Shown in pieces: positions 10,901 to 22,761 of a stretch of DNA of 41,950 nucleotides; within the stretch, counting starts at the first letter, position 1; every line of letters begins with the position of its first letter. A program made the position numbers and the translations under genes. The DNA comes from Octopus bimaculoides (lineage: Eukaryota). Under the pieces are notes generated by a model. That model saw only the letters and a program-made list of their open reading frames with translations. It was not told the DNA's origin and searched no databases. The stretch covers positions 27,002,885 to 27,044,834 of the forward strand of contig NC_069002.1 of assembly GCF_001194135.2 (NCBI RefSeq), in the 5' to 3' direction.

Positions 10901-12653
10901 TACATACATGTATGTATGTATGTATGTATGTATGTATGTATGCATGCATGTATGTATATATCTATGTGTGTGTGTGTGTATGTCTTTGTATTTGTATTTG
11001 ACCCCACCACTGCTTGACAACCAGTGCTGGTGTGTTTACATCCCTGTAACTTAGCGGTTCGGCAAAAGAGAGCAACTGAATAAGTACTAAGCTTAAAAGA
11101 CAAAATGATAAACACAGACGCAAAGACATAAACACACACACATATATAGATATAAATGACAGGCTTCTTTCAGTTTCCATCTACCAAATCCACTCACTAG
11201 GCTTTGGTCGGCCCGAGGCTATAAGATACTATGCAGTGGGACTGAACCTGGAACCATGTGGTCGGAAAGTAAACTTCTTACCACACTGCCACACACCTGC
11301 TCCTATTCAGAAATATTTAGAATGATTATTCATTTTTAATTGTACATGGTACAGGTATAGCTGTGTGGTTAAGCAGTTTGTTTTGCAATGATGTACTTTC
11401 AGGTTCAATTCTTATGCAATGCACCTTGGACAAATGCCTGTTTATTACTCTAACCAAGGATGACCAAAACCAAGCGAGTGATTTTGGTTGATGGAAACTG
11501 AAAAGAAGCCAGCTTTTTGTTGTGTGTTTGTGAGTACATGCATGTGTATGTGTGTATGTGTATGTGTATGTGTGTGCGTGTGCATGTGTGTGTAGGTTTG
11601 TGGCCTTATCTTGGACATCCCATGCTACTACTTATAAATGAGATTGACCGTCACGCGAGCAGTGACGTTCCTTTAGAAAACACTTGTCTGGAAATATGTC
11701 TGTACTTGAAGAAAATATAACCATGCTTGAAAACAAGCAAGGGTTAATGACCTGAAGGGCATCCACCCTTAAAAAAAAAAAAAATCAGCCTCAAGAAATC
11801 TTGTCTGACCCAAACAAACATAGGAAAAAATTATACACTAAAACAATGACAATGATGATGATGCTGTTTGCATATTTTATTCAGGTCTTGCAAACAAAAC
11901 AGATATTATAGATTAATTTCTACGATACTTATGCAGCAAAAGTGGTAGGGTATTCTGGTTGGACCACTAGAAGTTAGTGGGTGGCAGTGATTATTAGGTG
12001 GCTTTGTGAAACCTGCTGTAAAGGCTGAACCTGGCTGCATTCCTAGGTTGTGCCTCTCGTACTCCCATTCATTGGAAAGAAAGGAAAGGAAGGTATGTTG
12101 TTTCCATTCATTGTTATTGTAACATAAAATGGCTTTGCAAGTACTTGGCATAATTTGGTGTGGGATATTCAAATACCAAATTTGCTGTTTAGTAAATAGC
12201 TGCATGCATTTGATTACGGGTCATTGCCAAAAAGAGTATAAATTAATATTAAAGAATTAATTACAATGGTGCTAGAGGAACCAGGTCATAACCTTGCCAA
12301 AACATGATGCGTGCATCAATGAGTTTAATGGGTAGAACAGCAGCCATGAGGCAGGTATTGCTCCAATGTTCAGCACCTTGTTTTTTTTTTTCAATCTTCA
12401 TACCTTAATCTAAAAGTTGTTTGTGTTATCCTGTATATTTTCCTTAAAATTACAGTGACATCACTGACTCAGAGTTCTCCCTCACAACGAAATCATTTCC
12501 ATCCTAGAAATTCTGCATCATCACTTTACATGGTGAAAGAGACAGAGCTGAGGTGGGGAAGGTTTGCACAAACTGGTTGTTAAATCTTATTTTTATATAA
12601 AAACCTGGTTTCTTTCAACAGCAAGAAAACATGCTATCATCATCATCCTTTAA

Positions 12654-14364
12654 CTCTTTAGCATTTAAACCAGCTATATCCAGCCAAAATATGCCTCCTG
12701 TTTTTATGTTTAAACTGGCCTGGTCTAACCTCTCACATCAACCCTACAGTGCCATTATATAGACAATAACATCATCAAAATCTCAAAACTACGAGACTTT
12801 TATTAACTCATTTTTATTGCTATCACAGTAATAATAATAATAATAACTAAACATGAATAACACTGGTGAAATAGTGATGATAAAAATTGACTATTCTCTT
12901 AAAGATATACCCATTCTTCCTAAAAACATATACATACATACATACATATATATATATACGTGTATAAGGGATGACCACTAGGTGGACATCCAATATGTTA
13001 GAAAGAGGTCATCAACGACCCAACCACAAAGAAAAATAATGTTCTCCAGAAAAATTTCGCAAAACACCAGAACAGGACAAAATGAGAAATATAAAATAAA
13101 GAATTAGCCGTGTACTGCAGTTTCGAACATTAACGTTTTACTTACGTAACCACACCCGTGTTCTCGTCAGCACAGCTGTTCTAGAATCAATATAATTTGC
13201 AGAACTATACACGAATTGTCTTCATGAAATAAGACTTGTATACAGTTCTACTGATTACACTGAGGTTATTTTTCAAATTTTTTCTGAATTTTCAGTTTTT
13301 TTATATGCTAGGCCACTTGGTTTTAAATTGAATTAATATTCAATTTATCATCCTATCTATATAAATAATATATGTATCTATATATGTGGAGGCGCAATGG
13401 NNNNNNNNNNCCTATCTATATAAATAATATATGTATCTATATATGTGGAGGCGCAATGGCCCAGTGGTTAGGGCAGCGGACTCGCGGTCATAGGATCACG
13501 GTTTTGATTCCCAGACGGGGCGTTGTGAGTGTTTATTGAGCGAAAATACCTAAAAGCTCCATGAGGCTCCGGCAGGGGATGGTAGCAAACCCTGCTGTAC
13601 TCTTTCACCACAACTTTCTCTCACTCTTACTTCCTATTTCTGTTGTGCCTGTAATTCAAAGGGTCAGCCTTGTCACACTGTGTCACGCTGAATATCCCCG
13701 AGAACTACGTTAAGGGTACACGTGTCTGTGGAGTNNNNNNNNNNTGCCTGTAATTCAAAGGGTCAGCCTTGTCACACTGTGTCACGCTGAATATCCCCGA
13801 GAACTACGTTAAGGGTACACGTGTCTGTGGAGTGCTCAGCCACTTGCACGTTAATTTCACGAGCAGGCTGTTCGTTGATCGGATTAACTGGAACCCTCGA
13901 CGTCGTAAGTGACGGAGTGCCAACAATATCTATCTATATATATATATATAGGTGAATACCAAACTGGCTTGGTGCCTCAATTTAAGTACCTAATTCAACT
14001 GAATCTTAATTTTAGTTATTTATTTATGTATGTATGTATGGTGTGTGTCATTGTATCTATGTTTGTCCCCTACCAGTGTTAGTGTGTTTATGTCCCTGTA
14101 ACTTAGTGGCTTGAGAAAACTGACCAGTAGAATAAATACCAAGCTGGAAAAAAATGAAAAATAAGTCTTGGGGTTGGTATGTTTGATTAAAAATTCTTCA
14201 AGACGGTGCCCCAGTATGGCCACAGTCTAATAATTGAATCAAGTAAAAGGTATAATTATCATCATCATCATTGTTGTTTTAATGTCTGCTTAAGGCATGA
14301 TTAATTCAAAACAACATGAATAAATAGTCTTTAGATTTAGCAGAGTAATTTGAATGCTAAAGGG
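12654..14364. mobile_element. Same MITE family split into halves 12654-12796 and 14291-14364, about 1.5 kb apart
   Basis: Left half ends ctacgaga and right half starts taaggcatgattaattc, contiguous in intact copies (ctacaagataatgcatga at 16112 and 41535). Outer TTAA at 12650-12653 and 14365-14368. Confidence 0.6.
13447..13927 (+). mobile_element. tRNA-derived SINE family B (GGAGGCGCAATGG head); includes an assembly overlap duplication
   Basis: A box TGGCCCAGTGG (13457-13467), B-box-like GGTTTTGATTCC, tail ...ggaaccctcgacgtcgtaagtgacggagtgccaacaa; near-identical reverse copy at 41660-41950. Confidence 0.85.
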
Positions 14365-14626
14365 TTAAGGTCTGTTTTCCGTGCTGGCATGGGTTGGATG
14401 GCTTGACCAGAATTGGCAAGCTGGGGAGCTGCACCACTTTTCAGCCTGATTGGACTTGATTTTTACTGCTGGCTGTCATCCTAAAGCCAACTACTTTACG
14501 TTGTGTGCCAGGTGCTTTTAGCATGGCACCAGCATGAGTGCTTTTACGTGGTACCAGCACAGGACTCTTACAAGACAATCCTCTTCACCAGGGAACATGG
14601 CCTTCACACTTCTGTTATGAATTTCT

Positions 14627-14833
14627 TTCCGACTGGCCTTCATGCGGGTGACACGTAAAAGCACTCACTACACTCTCTGAGTGGTTGGCGTTAGGAAGGG
14701 CATCCAGCTGTAGAAACTCTGCCAAATCAGATTGGAGCCTGGTGTAGCCATCCGGTTTCACCAGTCCTCAGTCAAATCGTCCAACCCATGCTAGCATGGA
14801 AAGCGGACGTTAAACGATGATGATGATGATGAT
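14627..14833 (+). mobile_element. SINE-like element family D with (GAT)n RTE-type tail
   Basis: gtggttggcgttaggaagggcatccagctgtagaaa...catggaaagcggacgttaaacgatgatgatg. Other copies at about 6218-6400(-), 14368-14570(-), 15670-15930(-), 18985-19210(-), 23140-23336(+), 25330-25625(-), 29570-29835(+) and 34420-34620(-). Confidence 0.75.
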
Positions 14834-15964
14834 TGAAAAATTCTTCCTCAGTTCTTCCCTTCACTAAAATTCCTCCTCTTAAATTTCAAATTCCTCTCCC
14901 GTTAACCAAGTACCACCCATCTGAGAATCTCTGTTCCAGACAAAATAAATAAATAAATAAATAATAAATAAAATCTATCCGAAAATGTTGTGAAACTATT
15001 GTAAATAATCCAACATTTGAGAAACACGTCTACAACACAACAGTCCATAGTAACTTCTATAGTATTCCAGTGTAATTATTGGAATTATGATAATGGCGAT
15101 AGTGAACTGTTATCTTGTTGAAAACATTGATTGTTCTTCTTCAGTTCCAGCATTAAACAAATGGTAGACGATATAATCGGACATTCTCAATTAACGATTC
15201 AAGGACAACAATTATTATTTTCTGAAAACCTACAAAACACCCTTATACTCTAGTCAATAGTATAATATGGAGACATTCTTTAAAGTTCTTCTTTTGTTAG
15301 GCGTTAACAACACTAAATCTAATGAAAATTAATTCATATCACTGTAAAAATTAATCTTATCACCCCATTGTTAATTGCTTGTATTATAGGCTCAAGCATA
15401 ACTATGTATAACTAAGATTGTTAGGCAACCATGTAGTAGCAGTAGTGACCCCTGCTTCTGCTGCTGCTGTTGCTCTCCCTCCTCCCCTTCTCTTTCCACT
15501 TCTCCTCTCCCTCCTGCCCTCCTTTTTCCTCTCCTCCTGCCCTCCTTTTTCCTCTCCTCCCGCACACCCTCCTGATCCCTCTTCTCTTCCCATGACCAAA
15601 CCAAGCAAACTATATTTCCATTGCTTTTTCAAATTGTTGATCCTTTCTGTCAATCACAACTCCCAATCATCGTTCATCATCATCATCATCATCATTTAAT
15701 GTCCGTTGTCCATGCTGGCATGAGTTGGATGGCTTGACCAGAGCTGGCAAGTTGGGGAACTACTACACCAGGCTTCAGTCTGACGTGGCATGGTGCCTAC
15801 AGCTGGATGCCATTCCTTACGCCAACCACTTTACAGAGTGTGCTGTGTGTTTTTGCGTGACACCACACAGACGCTTTGTACATGGCACCGCACAGGCACT
15901 TTTATGTGGCACCACATGGGCACTTAAGGAGAACTCTGAGCCAGTAACGTCACCATAATTTTAA

Positions 15965-16184
15965 CCCTTTAGCATTTAAACCGGCCATATCCGGCCAAAA
16001 GTATTCTGCCTGTTTTATGTTCAAACTGGCTGGATCTGGTCTCTCACACCACCCTACAATCTCATTTAAAAAATTAACAGCTACCTCATCAAAATCTCAT
16101 AGCTACAAGATAATGCATGATTAGTTCAAAACAATGTGAATAAAAAAGCATTAATTTTGGCAGAATAATGCAAACACCAAAGGG
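15965..16184. mobile_element. TTAA-flanked MITE (piggyBac-like), CCCTTTAGCATT-type family
   Basis: TTAA 15961-15964, CCCTTT...AAAGGG, TTAA 16185-16188. Homologous copies at 12654/14364 and 41397. Confidence 0.8.
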
Positions 16185-17441
16185 TTAAGGGAAATATACA
16201 AGATAACACAAACAGCGTTAAGGTTAAGGCATCTCGAGCAAGTATTTTTCACAACACTTCAGGGGGACTATCCTTTGGGAGATAAATTTGTTCAGATTCA
16301 AACAGGAGACAAATAACAACTAAAATACTAATTCTTCAAATGATGACCCTTACAGAAAAATACAAGAACATCATTGTTATAATCCTTTATTCTTCCACAG
16401 TTTCCTAATGCCGGATTAGGATTAAATAATCTAACAATAACAACATGAATTAAAATTATCAAAATTAATGTAGTGTTTTGTGTTGATCTTCACCAAATTT
16501 AGTTTTATAAGTGGCCTACTTAATAACATGTAAATATTAATTATCAACGAAAGCTGAGGTAATTTTGTATAAGCATTTCATGGAATTTAATTAATTTTCT
16601 AAATAGTAATTTTAGATTAGAAGTTTATTCAATATACTAGCAGCTAAGCCTAGTTTCATCCAGTCGGTTTGGATGATGTGGCTGTAAAACCTGCTCTGTG
16701 TAAGCATTCGACTTGTTTGGGCACGATTACATTAAAAAACAATCTTAGAATGACTTTTTCTGTCAAAACGCTAAAAATAACTGACCAACAAAAAAAAAAA
16801 CAAGATTTGACCAAATCAAAAAATAAACCAGCCCACTTCAATTGCGCACACACATGCACACACACAAAAACACACTCACACATGAACACACACACACACA
16901 CACATTCACATACCCCCCACTTTTACATACACACGCATATATTCACACAGAGTTGAAATGCTGTTTGATTTGTTTTTTCAGCGTACAATTTTCATCATCC
17001 CACTACCAAGTATGGCATCACCCCTTCCTTTCTCATTCATAAAGACAAGAGTATTATTATAGTAGATTATCTCGGTAACCATGGAAGCTATGAAAAAATA
17101 CAAAGCCCAGCATCACCACCAGATCATTCTACACATCTGTGTAATTTTTCATGCAATTCCACCCAGGCGTTTGACCACGAATCCCAAGACAAGAAAGAAT
17201 TGCCCATGTCAAATTTATATGTATAGATTAAGTGTTTATAGTAATTATTTGGGTTAATGAAGATTAACGAAGAGATCAAAGAAAACACTGCATAAATTAT
17301 TCACTCAGAAAAGTGTTCCAAGTTTCTCACCAATGCATGACATCTTGGGTAAATGTGTTAAACTATAGCCTTGGGCCAATCGATGCTTTTGTAAGTAAAA
17401 CTGGAAGACAGAAACTAAGTTGAAGCCTTGTGTGGATGCCT

Positions 17442-17450
17442 TGTGCACGC

Positions 17451-17481
<31 letters not shown>

Positions 17482-17512
17482 TGTGCGCACACGCACACAT
17501 ACATGTGTGTGT
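17442..17512. repeat. Alternating purine-pyrimidine tract with (CG)9 and (TG)n
   Basis: tgtgca(cg)9(tg)n cgcacacgcacacatacatgtgtgtgt. Confidence 0.9.
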
Positions 17513-17839
17513 TTTTTTTATTGCATTTGTTCCCACTGCCCCACTCCTGCCACCACTTGATAACTGGTGTTGGTCTGTTTATATCCCCGCAACTTAGCAG
17601 TTCACAAAAGAGCACCAATACAGTAAGCACCAGACTTTTAAAAATAAGTACACAGGTCGATCTGTCAGACTAAATAAAACCTTTCGAGGTGCTGCTTCAG
17701 CAAGGCACCACTCCAAGAACTGAAACCAAAGAACAGCTCACAGATCAGGATTATCACAATGCTTCAAGCTGTTACATTTACTAAGATAAACTGCATTATT
17801 TTCATTACAGTCGCCCTACGTAGTTTTTAATTTTGTTTC

Positions 17840-18732
17840 NNNNNNNNNNNNNNNNNNNNNNNNNNNNNNNNNNNNNNNNNNNNNNNNNNNNNNNNNNNNN
17901 NNNNNNNNNNNNNNNNNNNNNNNNNNNNNNNNNNNNNNNNNNNNNNNNNNNNNNNNNNNNNNNNNNNNNNNNNNNNNNNNNNNNNNNNNNNNNNNNNNNN
18001 NNNNNNNNNNNNNNNNNNNNNNNNNNNNNNNNNNNNNNNNNNNNNNNNNNNNNNNNNNNNNNNNNNNNNNNNNNNNNNNNNNNNNNNNNNNNNNNNNNNN
18101 NNNNNNNNNNNNNNNNNNNNNNNNNNNNNNNNNNNNNNNNNNNNNNNNNNNNNNNNNNNNNNNNNNNNNNNNNNNNNNNNNNNNNNNNNNNNNNNNNNNN
18201 NNNNNNNNNNNNNNNNNNNNNNNNNNNNNNNNNNNNNNNNNNNNNNNNNNNNNNNNNNNNNNNNNNNNNNNNNNNNNNNNNNNNNNNNNNNNNNNNNNNN
18301 NNNNNNNNNNNNNNNNNNNNNNNNNNNNNNNNNNNNNNNNNNNNNNNNNNNNNNNNNNNNNNNNNNNNNNNNNNNNNNNNNNNNNNNNNNNNNNNNNNNN
18401 NNNNNNNNNNNNNNNNNNNNNNNNNNNNNNNNNNNNNNNNNNNNNNNNNNNNNNNNNNNNNNNNNNNNNNNNNNNNNNNNNNNNNNNNNNNNNNNNNNNN
18501 NNNNNNNNNNNNNNNNNNNNNNNNNNNNNNNNNNNNNNNNNNNNNNNNNNNNNNNNNNNNNNNNNNNNNNNNNNNNNNNNNNNNNNNNNNNNNNNNNNNN
18601 NNNNNNNNNNNNNNNNNNNNNNNNNNNNNNNNNNNNNNNNNNNNNNNNNNNNNNNNNNNNNNNNNNNNNNNNNNNNNNNNNNNNNNNNNNNNNNNNNNNN
18701 NNNNNNNNNNNNNNNNNNNNNNNNNNNNNNNN
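17840..18732. other. Assembly gap (largest). Other gaps: 4480-4815, 7431-7951, 13401-13410, 13735-13744, 22003-22012, 23337-23549, 25811-26001, 28052-28061, 37135-37676, 40404-40913
   Basis: N runs. Confidence 0.99.
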
Positions 18733-19821
18733 GCGACGGGCAAAATGCTGCTAAGCATTTCGTCCAGCGAACTAACGATTCTTCCAGCTTGCCTCCTTAA
18801 AAAAATATAATATAAAAATTTATTAACAATGTATTTTTCAAGGGTATTTTCAACTGAACGGTTTTGTTATTTTTTCTTCTTTTTTCTTAGACAAAAAAAA
18901 AAAAGAAAATCAGTAAACAGGGTCTTTTATAACTGAGACACTCTACTAAACCCCAATCACTAGGTATGAGTAGAATCATGAAACATCTGTTTTCTATGCT
19001 GGCATGGGTTGGATGGTCTGACTGAGGACTGGCAAGCCAGGAGGCTACACCAGGCTTCAGTCTGATCTGGCAAAGTCTCTACAGCTGGTTGCCCTTCCTA
19101 ATGCCAACCACTCTGAGAGTGTAGTGGGTGCTTTTTACATGCCACCAGTATGGGGGCCAGTCAGGCGACACTGGCATCAACCACACACGAATGGTGCATT
19201 TTACGTGTATAAATTAGAGACTTTCAGCTGAATTCAACAGTTTTATGGCCATTATTAAATATTCTAAGGTGGTGAACTGGCAGAGTTGTTAGAATGTTGG
19301 ATATTTTGTCTTGCAGTATTTGTTTTGATTCGCTACAATCTGAGTTCAAATCATGCCGTGGTCAAATTTGCCCTTTATCTTTTCTGGAATGGTACAAAAA
19401 TAAGTGATAGCCCAGGAATAGGGGTGAACTGAAGGATTGACAGAATGGAATTGTTAGAGCATTGAACAGGATGTCTGGTGCCTTGTAGTGTCTGTTCTAG
19501 ATTTGTATGTTTTTTGTTTAAATTCTGTTCCTGTCACCTCAAAAATGGTGTCATTCCTGTCAGGAGTTGTGATTGACAGATTGGATCAACAATTTGGAAA
19601 GGGGAATGAGAGTGGAGGAGAGGGAAAAGGAGGGTAGGAGGGAGAAGAGAGAGAGAGAGGAGGAGGAGGAGGAGGAGAAGAAAAAGGCAAGGAGCATGGA
19701 GAACAGCAGAAGGATCCACTGCCACCACCCCCAGCGCCTGGCATACACTCAAACACAAAACACATCTCGAAAATAAAATTGCAGTGTTTATCTGCCCAAA
19801 TTACTATCTTTAGTTATGAAT

Positions 19822-20130
19822 GCACGTAGCTAAGTGGTGCGGATATGCAGCTCACGATCGTAAAGTCGTGAGTTCAATTCCTGGTGACATGTTCTTTCGT
19901 TGAACAAGACATTTAATTTCACATCGCTCCATTGCACTCAGCCGGCAAAAAATGAGTTGTACCAGTAGTTCAAAGCACCAGCCTTTGTCACGCTGAATCT
20001 CCGAGAACTGAGTTAAGCACATGCATGTCCGTGGAATGCTCAACCATTTACATGTTCATTTCATGAGCAGACTGTTCCATTGACTGGACCAACTGGAACA
20101 CTCAGCATCATTACTCTTGGAGTGCCAGTT
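19822..20130 (+). mobile_element. tRNA-derived SINE (V-like head, family B tail) about 250 bp into the TRABID intron, with an imperfect TSD
   Basis: tagctaagtggt A box, gagttcaattcc B box, tail ggagtgccag; actatcttt(a/g)gt(t/a)at on both sides (19803 and about 20135). Confidence 0.75.
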
Positions 20131-20309
20131 ATTAACTATCTTTGGTAATTATTTGAATACCACACGATGACACAGAGGTGTTTGAGAATTTCATAAACAT
20201 CCATAATGATTGACAAATATCCAAGATATAATCAAACATCGAGTTTCAATTTTTGAATAAAAAAAATACCATCAAAATAACAAGTACAAACAATACAAAA
20301 ATACAAGAT

Positions 20310-20353
<44 letters not shown>

Positions 20354-20381
20354 GATATGTATATAGATGAGAAATACTTAC

Positions 20382-20860
20382 CACTAGGCAAGGCAAACGT
20401 AGCATACTCAGTGAAAAAATAACATTGGAACTCTCCTTTCCGTTGTCTTAGATATGTTGAGATTTCTCTACGAATATCTGCTGCTAGATCGGGGCTTGAG
20501 TGTGATGGAAGACGTTTCACTACTTTCGATGCCATATCAGTAGCCGTCAGTAAGACTGCAAGCATGTCTTCCCGTTGAAACCGAATTGCTAAATGCACCA
20601 AAGTATAGCCTACCTCAAATGCACTCGGTCTGTTCAAAAACGTGACCTCATCTTGATTTAACTGCCGAGCAGGGTTACCACCAGAAGCTAGATATGTTTC
20701 AACAGTGTCCGAGTCCCCGTCAACAACACCTATGCATGCATTTAACCAGGACCAGTCTTTGTCTCGTAAGCGTGTGCGCAGAAGACGTAAACGCCTTTCT
20801 TCAGTCCATTTGTCAGGTTCGTTGGAAGCATAAGGTAATGCTGCAGTTGCTCCCACCTGT

Positions 20861-20892
<32 letters not shown>

Positions 20893-21702
20893 TTGTTGTT
20901 GTTGTTGCTGCTGCTGTTGTTGTACTTGTTGTTGTTGTTGTTGTTGCTGCTGCTGCTCATGAGAGTCACTTTTATGTATATAAATGGACGAATGGTTTGC
21001 TTTTATTTGTAATGAATCTGACATTTCTACAGGTGAACAACTGTTCAGATTGCACGAAGAACTCGGCTCTGAAATAGTTTTGCTAGCTCCACAGATAACA
21101 CACTTCAGAGACTTGGGCCAATTATCAAAAGTACAAGATTTACAGGTCCATTTACCAAGAGAGCGTGTAAGGGCTGAAGATACCGACCGATTTTTGTCAT
21201 TGTAAAAATCTTTAGTAGTATCAGGAGAATTTGGTGAGTTACGGTTTGCCATGTTGTTACCAGACGACGGTTCCATATTTATCGATAGGACTTGACCTGG
21301 ACTTTTAGAGGGGTTAGTCTTATTGACATATGTAGTGGAGGGTGACTGCTTCCGTAGCATTAAACACTGTGTACACTTTATGGCACGGGGCCAATTCAGG
21401 TAGGTACAAAGATGACATGCCCACTTCTCAGTCCAAGGAGCCACAATGGAAGGGCTTTTTTTGCAAGTGATGTCATTTTGTGTTGGGCTTGTGGGAATTA
21501 AATTTGTGGAGCTACTGTTGCTTGAAGCCGAATTCATCATTGATGCCATCTTATAAATGTCCTGCTCGTTATTTAAAGCATCATCTGTAATGAGCTGCGG
21601 TGTTCGAGATGCACAGCATAAAGTGCACTTTTTAGCAGCAGGGAAGTTTTCATATGTACAGTAGTCACAAGCCCATTTCTCTAACTCGTTCATTTTCCTC
21701 AT
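20382..21702 (-). CDS. ZRANB1: Coding part of a large exon (21716-20382) of ubiquitin thioesterase TRABID/ZRANB1: NZF1-3, polyQ linker and AnkUBD; gene continues beyond the donor
   Basis: Three W-x-C-x2-C-T-[YF]-x-N-x6-C-x2-C NZF fingers (WACDYCTYENFPAAKKCTLC, WACHLCTYLNWPRAIKCTQC, WTCKSCTFDNWPKSLKCVIC). AnkUBD-like WLNACIGVVDGD...AFEVGYTLVHLAIRFQREDMLAVLL, followed by PDLAADIRREI...RQRKGEFQCYFFTEYATFALP, all closely resembling vertebrate ZRANB1. Acceptor ttttctttttgtattttAG ends at 21717. Donor CCT AGT G|GTAAGT at 20382/20381 (phase 1). In-frame ATGs at 21702 and 21693; the second (MNELEKW) aligns with the known N-terminus. Confidence 0.93.
20857..20955 (-). repeat. Coding CAG/CAA repeat: Q10-V-Q22 polyglutamine in TRABID
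   Basis: Plus-strand ctg/ttg triplets, 22 + tac + 10, counted directly and in frame within the exon. Confidence 0.95.
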
Positions 21703-21834
21703 GTGGTCAAAATGTACTAAAATACAAAAAGAAAAATGACATATGAGAACAAGCTGTCAATTATTGATAGAAGCAAATCTGTAAGAAACAACAAGGCTGT
21801 CTAATAAGAAAAATGAAGTGTGCATGTCTATATG

Positions 21835-21866
<32 letters not shown>

Positions 21867-22284
21867 CGGAGTAAGCACATGAAATGTGCAACAAGGTGGA
21901 AAAAAGAGTACTCAAATACCAGAGGTAGAGTAACATGCTTTATTTAAAAGCAGCAGAAATATAACGTGAAACTCAGAGTAACGGTTTTTTTGTTATATTT
22001 CTNNNNNNNNNNGCTAATATCCATTATTTATTCCTATGTCAACATTTTTGTATAAAGCTTTATTTGACCGTCAAATTTAAGTCAAACATATAAGTTGCCT
22101 TACACGTCTTTGGGGAATACATTTGAGAACAAACAAAAGTCAAAAATAGGAGATCAATACCGCATTTCTAAGTTTCTTCCATATTTAAATTTGTCGTTAA
22201 ATGACGTTAAATTTGTCCCTTTCCTGCTATATTGGTAACGATTACATAGTTTTCTATGAAAAATTATGTATATATATATATATA

Positions 22285-22507
22285 CAATAATCCCTCGCCA
22301 TATCACGGTTCACCTATCGCGGTTTATTATTTAAGCTTACATCGATTCCTCCATGGTGTTGTTTTGCATTTATAATAAAATAAATATATACAAACTATAA
22401 AAGTAATTTTAAAAAATATACAATGCAGTACTGTTTCTACTTTGTGGATTTTAACCTAATGTAGTGGGTTTTGGAATGTAACAACCACGATAGTCGAGAG
22501 ATTACTG
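22285..22507. mobile_element. TA-flanked MITE, Tc1/mariner superfamily (pogo/Tigger-like TIRs)
   Basis: TA-caataatccctcgccatatcacggtt ... aaccacgatagtcgagagattactg-TA; imperfect TIRs of about 25 bp with TA TSD. Confidence 0.75.
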
Positions 22508-22594
22508 TATCTCACCTTTCCAAGCATTAAACTAATACACCTGTTTGTTGTTTATACACCTGTCTTCACCTTTTGTCTTTTTGTAAATTCCAAC

Positions 22595-22625
<31 letters not shown>

Positions 22626-22718
22626 CAGAGTACATGTACCTATATAAATATATATATAATACAGAGTACATATACCTACATATATGTATGTATGTGTGTG
22701 TGTATATATATATATATG

Positions 22719-22761
<43 letters not shown>

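Noticed and set aside
11998-12092. Plus-strand AG...GAAG|GTATGT exon-like segment (GFVKPAVKAEPGCIPR...)
   Set aside because: No polypyrimidine tract, no recognisable homology and no partner exons.
13352-13460. Apparent ~50-bp direct repeat around a 10-N gap
   Set aside because: Identical sequence on both sides of a 10-N gap indicates a contig-overlap artefact.
13447-13520. Possible tRNA gene
   Set aside because: The A/B boxes belong to a SINE head that continues into a multi-copy body; no complete cloverleaf.
13646-13834. Apparent ~90-bp duplication inside the SINE
   Set aside because: Same overlap artefact around the 13735-13744 gap.
20272-20381. ORF-track extension of TRABID (GKYFSSIYISTHTHT...) to the stop at 20272
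   Set aside because: Read-through past a consensus GTAAGT donor into (CA)/(TA) microsatellite; homology ends exactly at the donor.
21955-22002. Perfect 11-bp stem agaaatataac/gttatatttct
   Set aside because: Ends exactly at a gap edge, so it may be a fold-back assembly artefact; cannot be supported.
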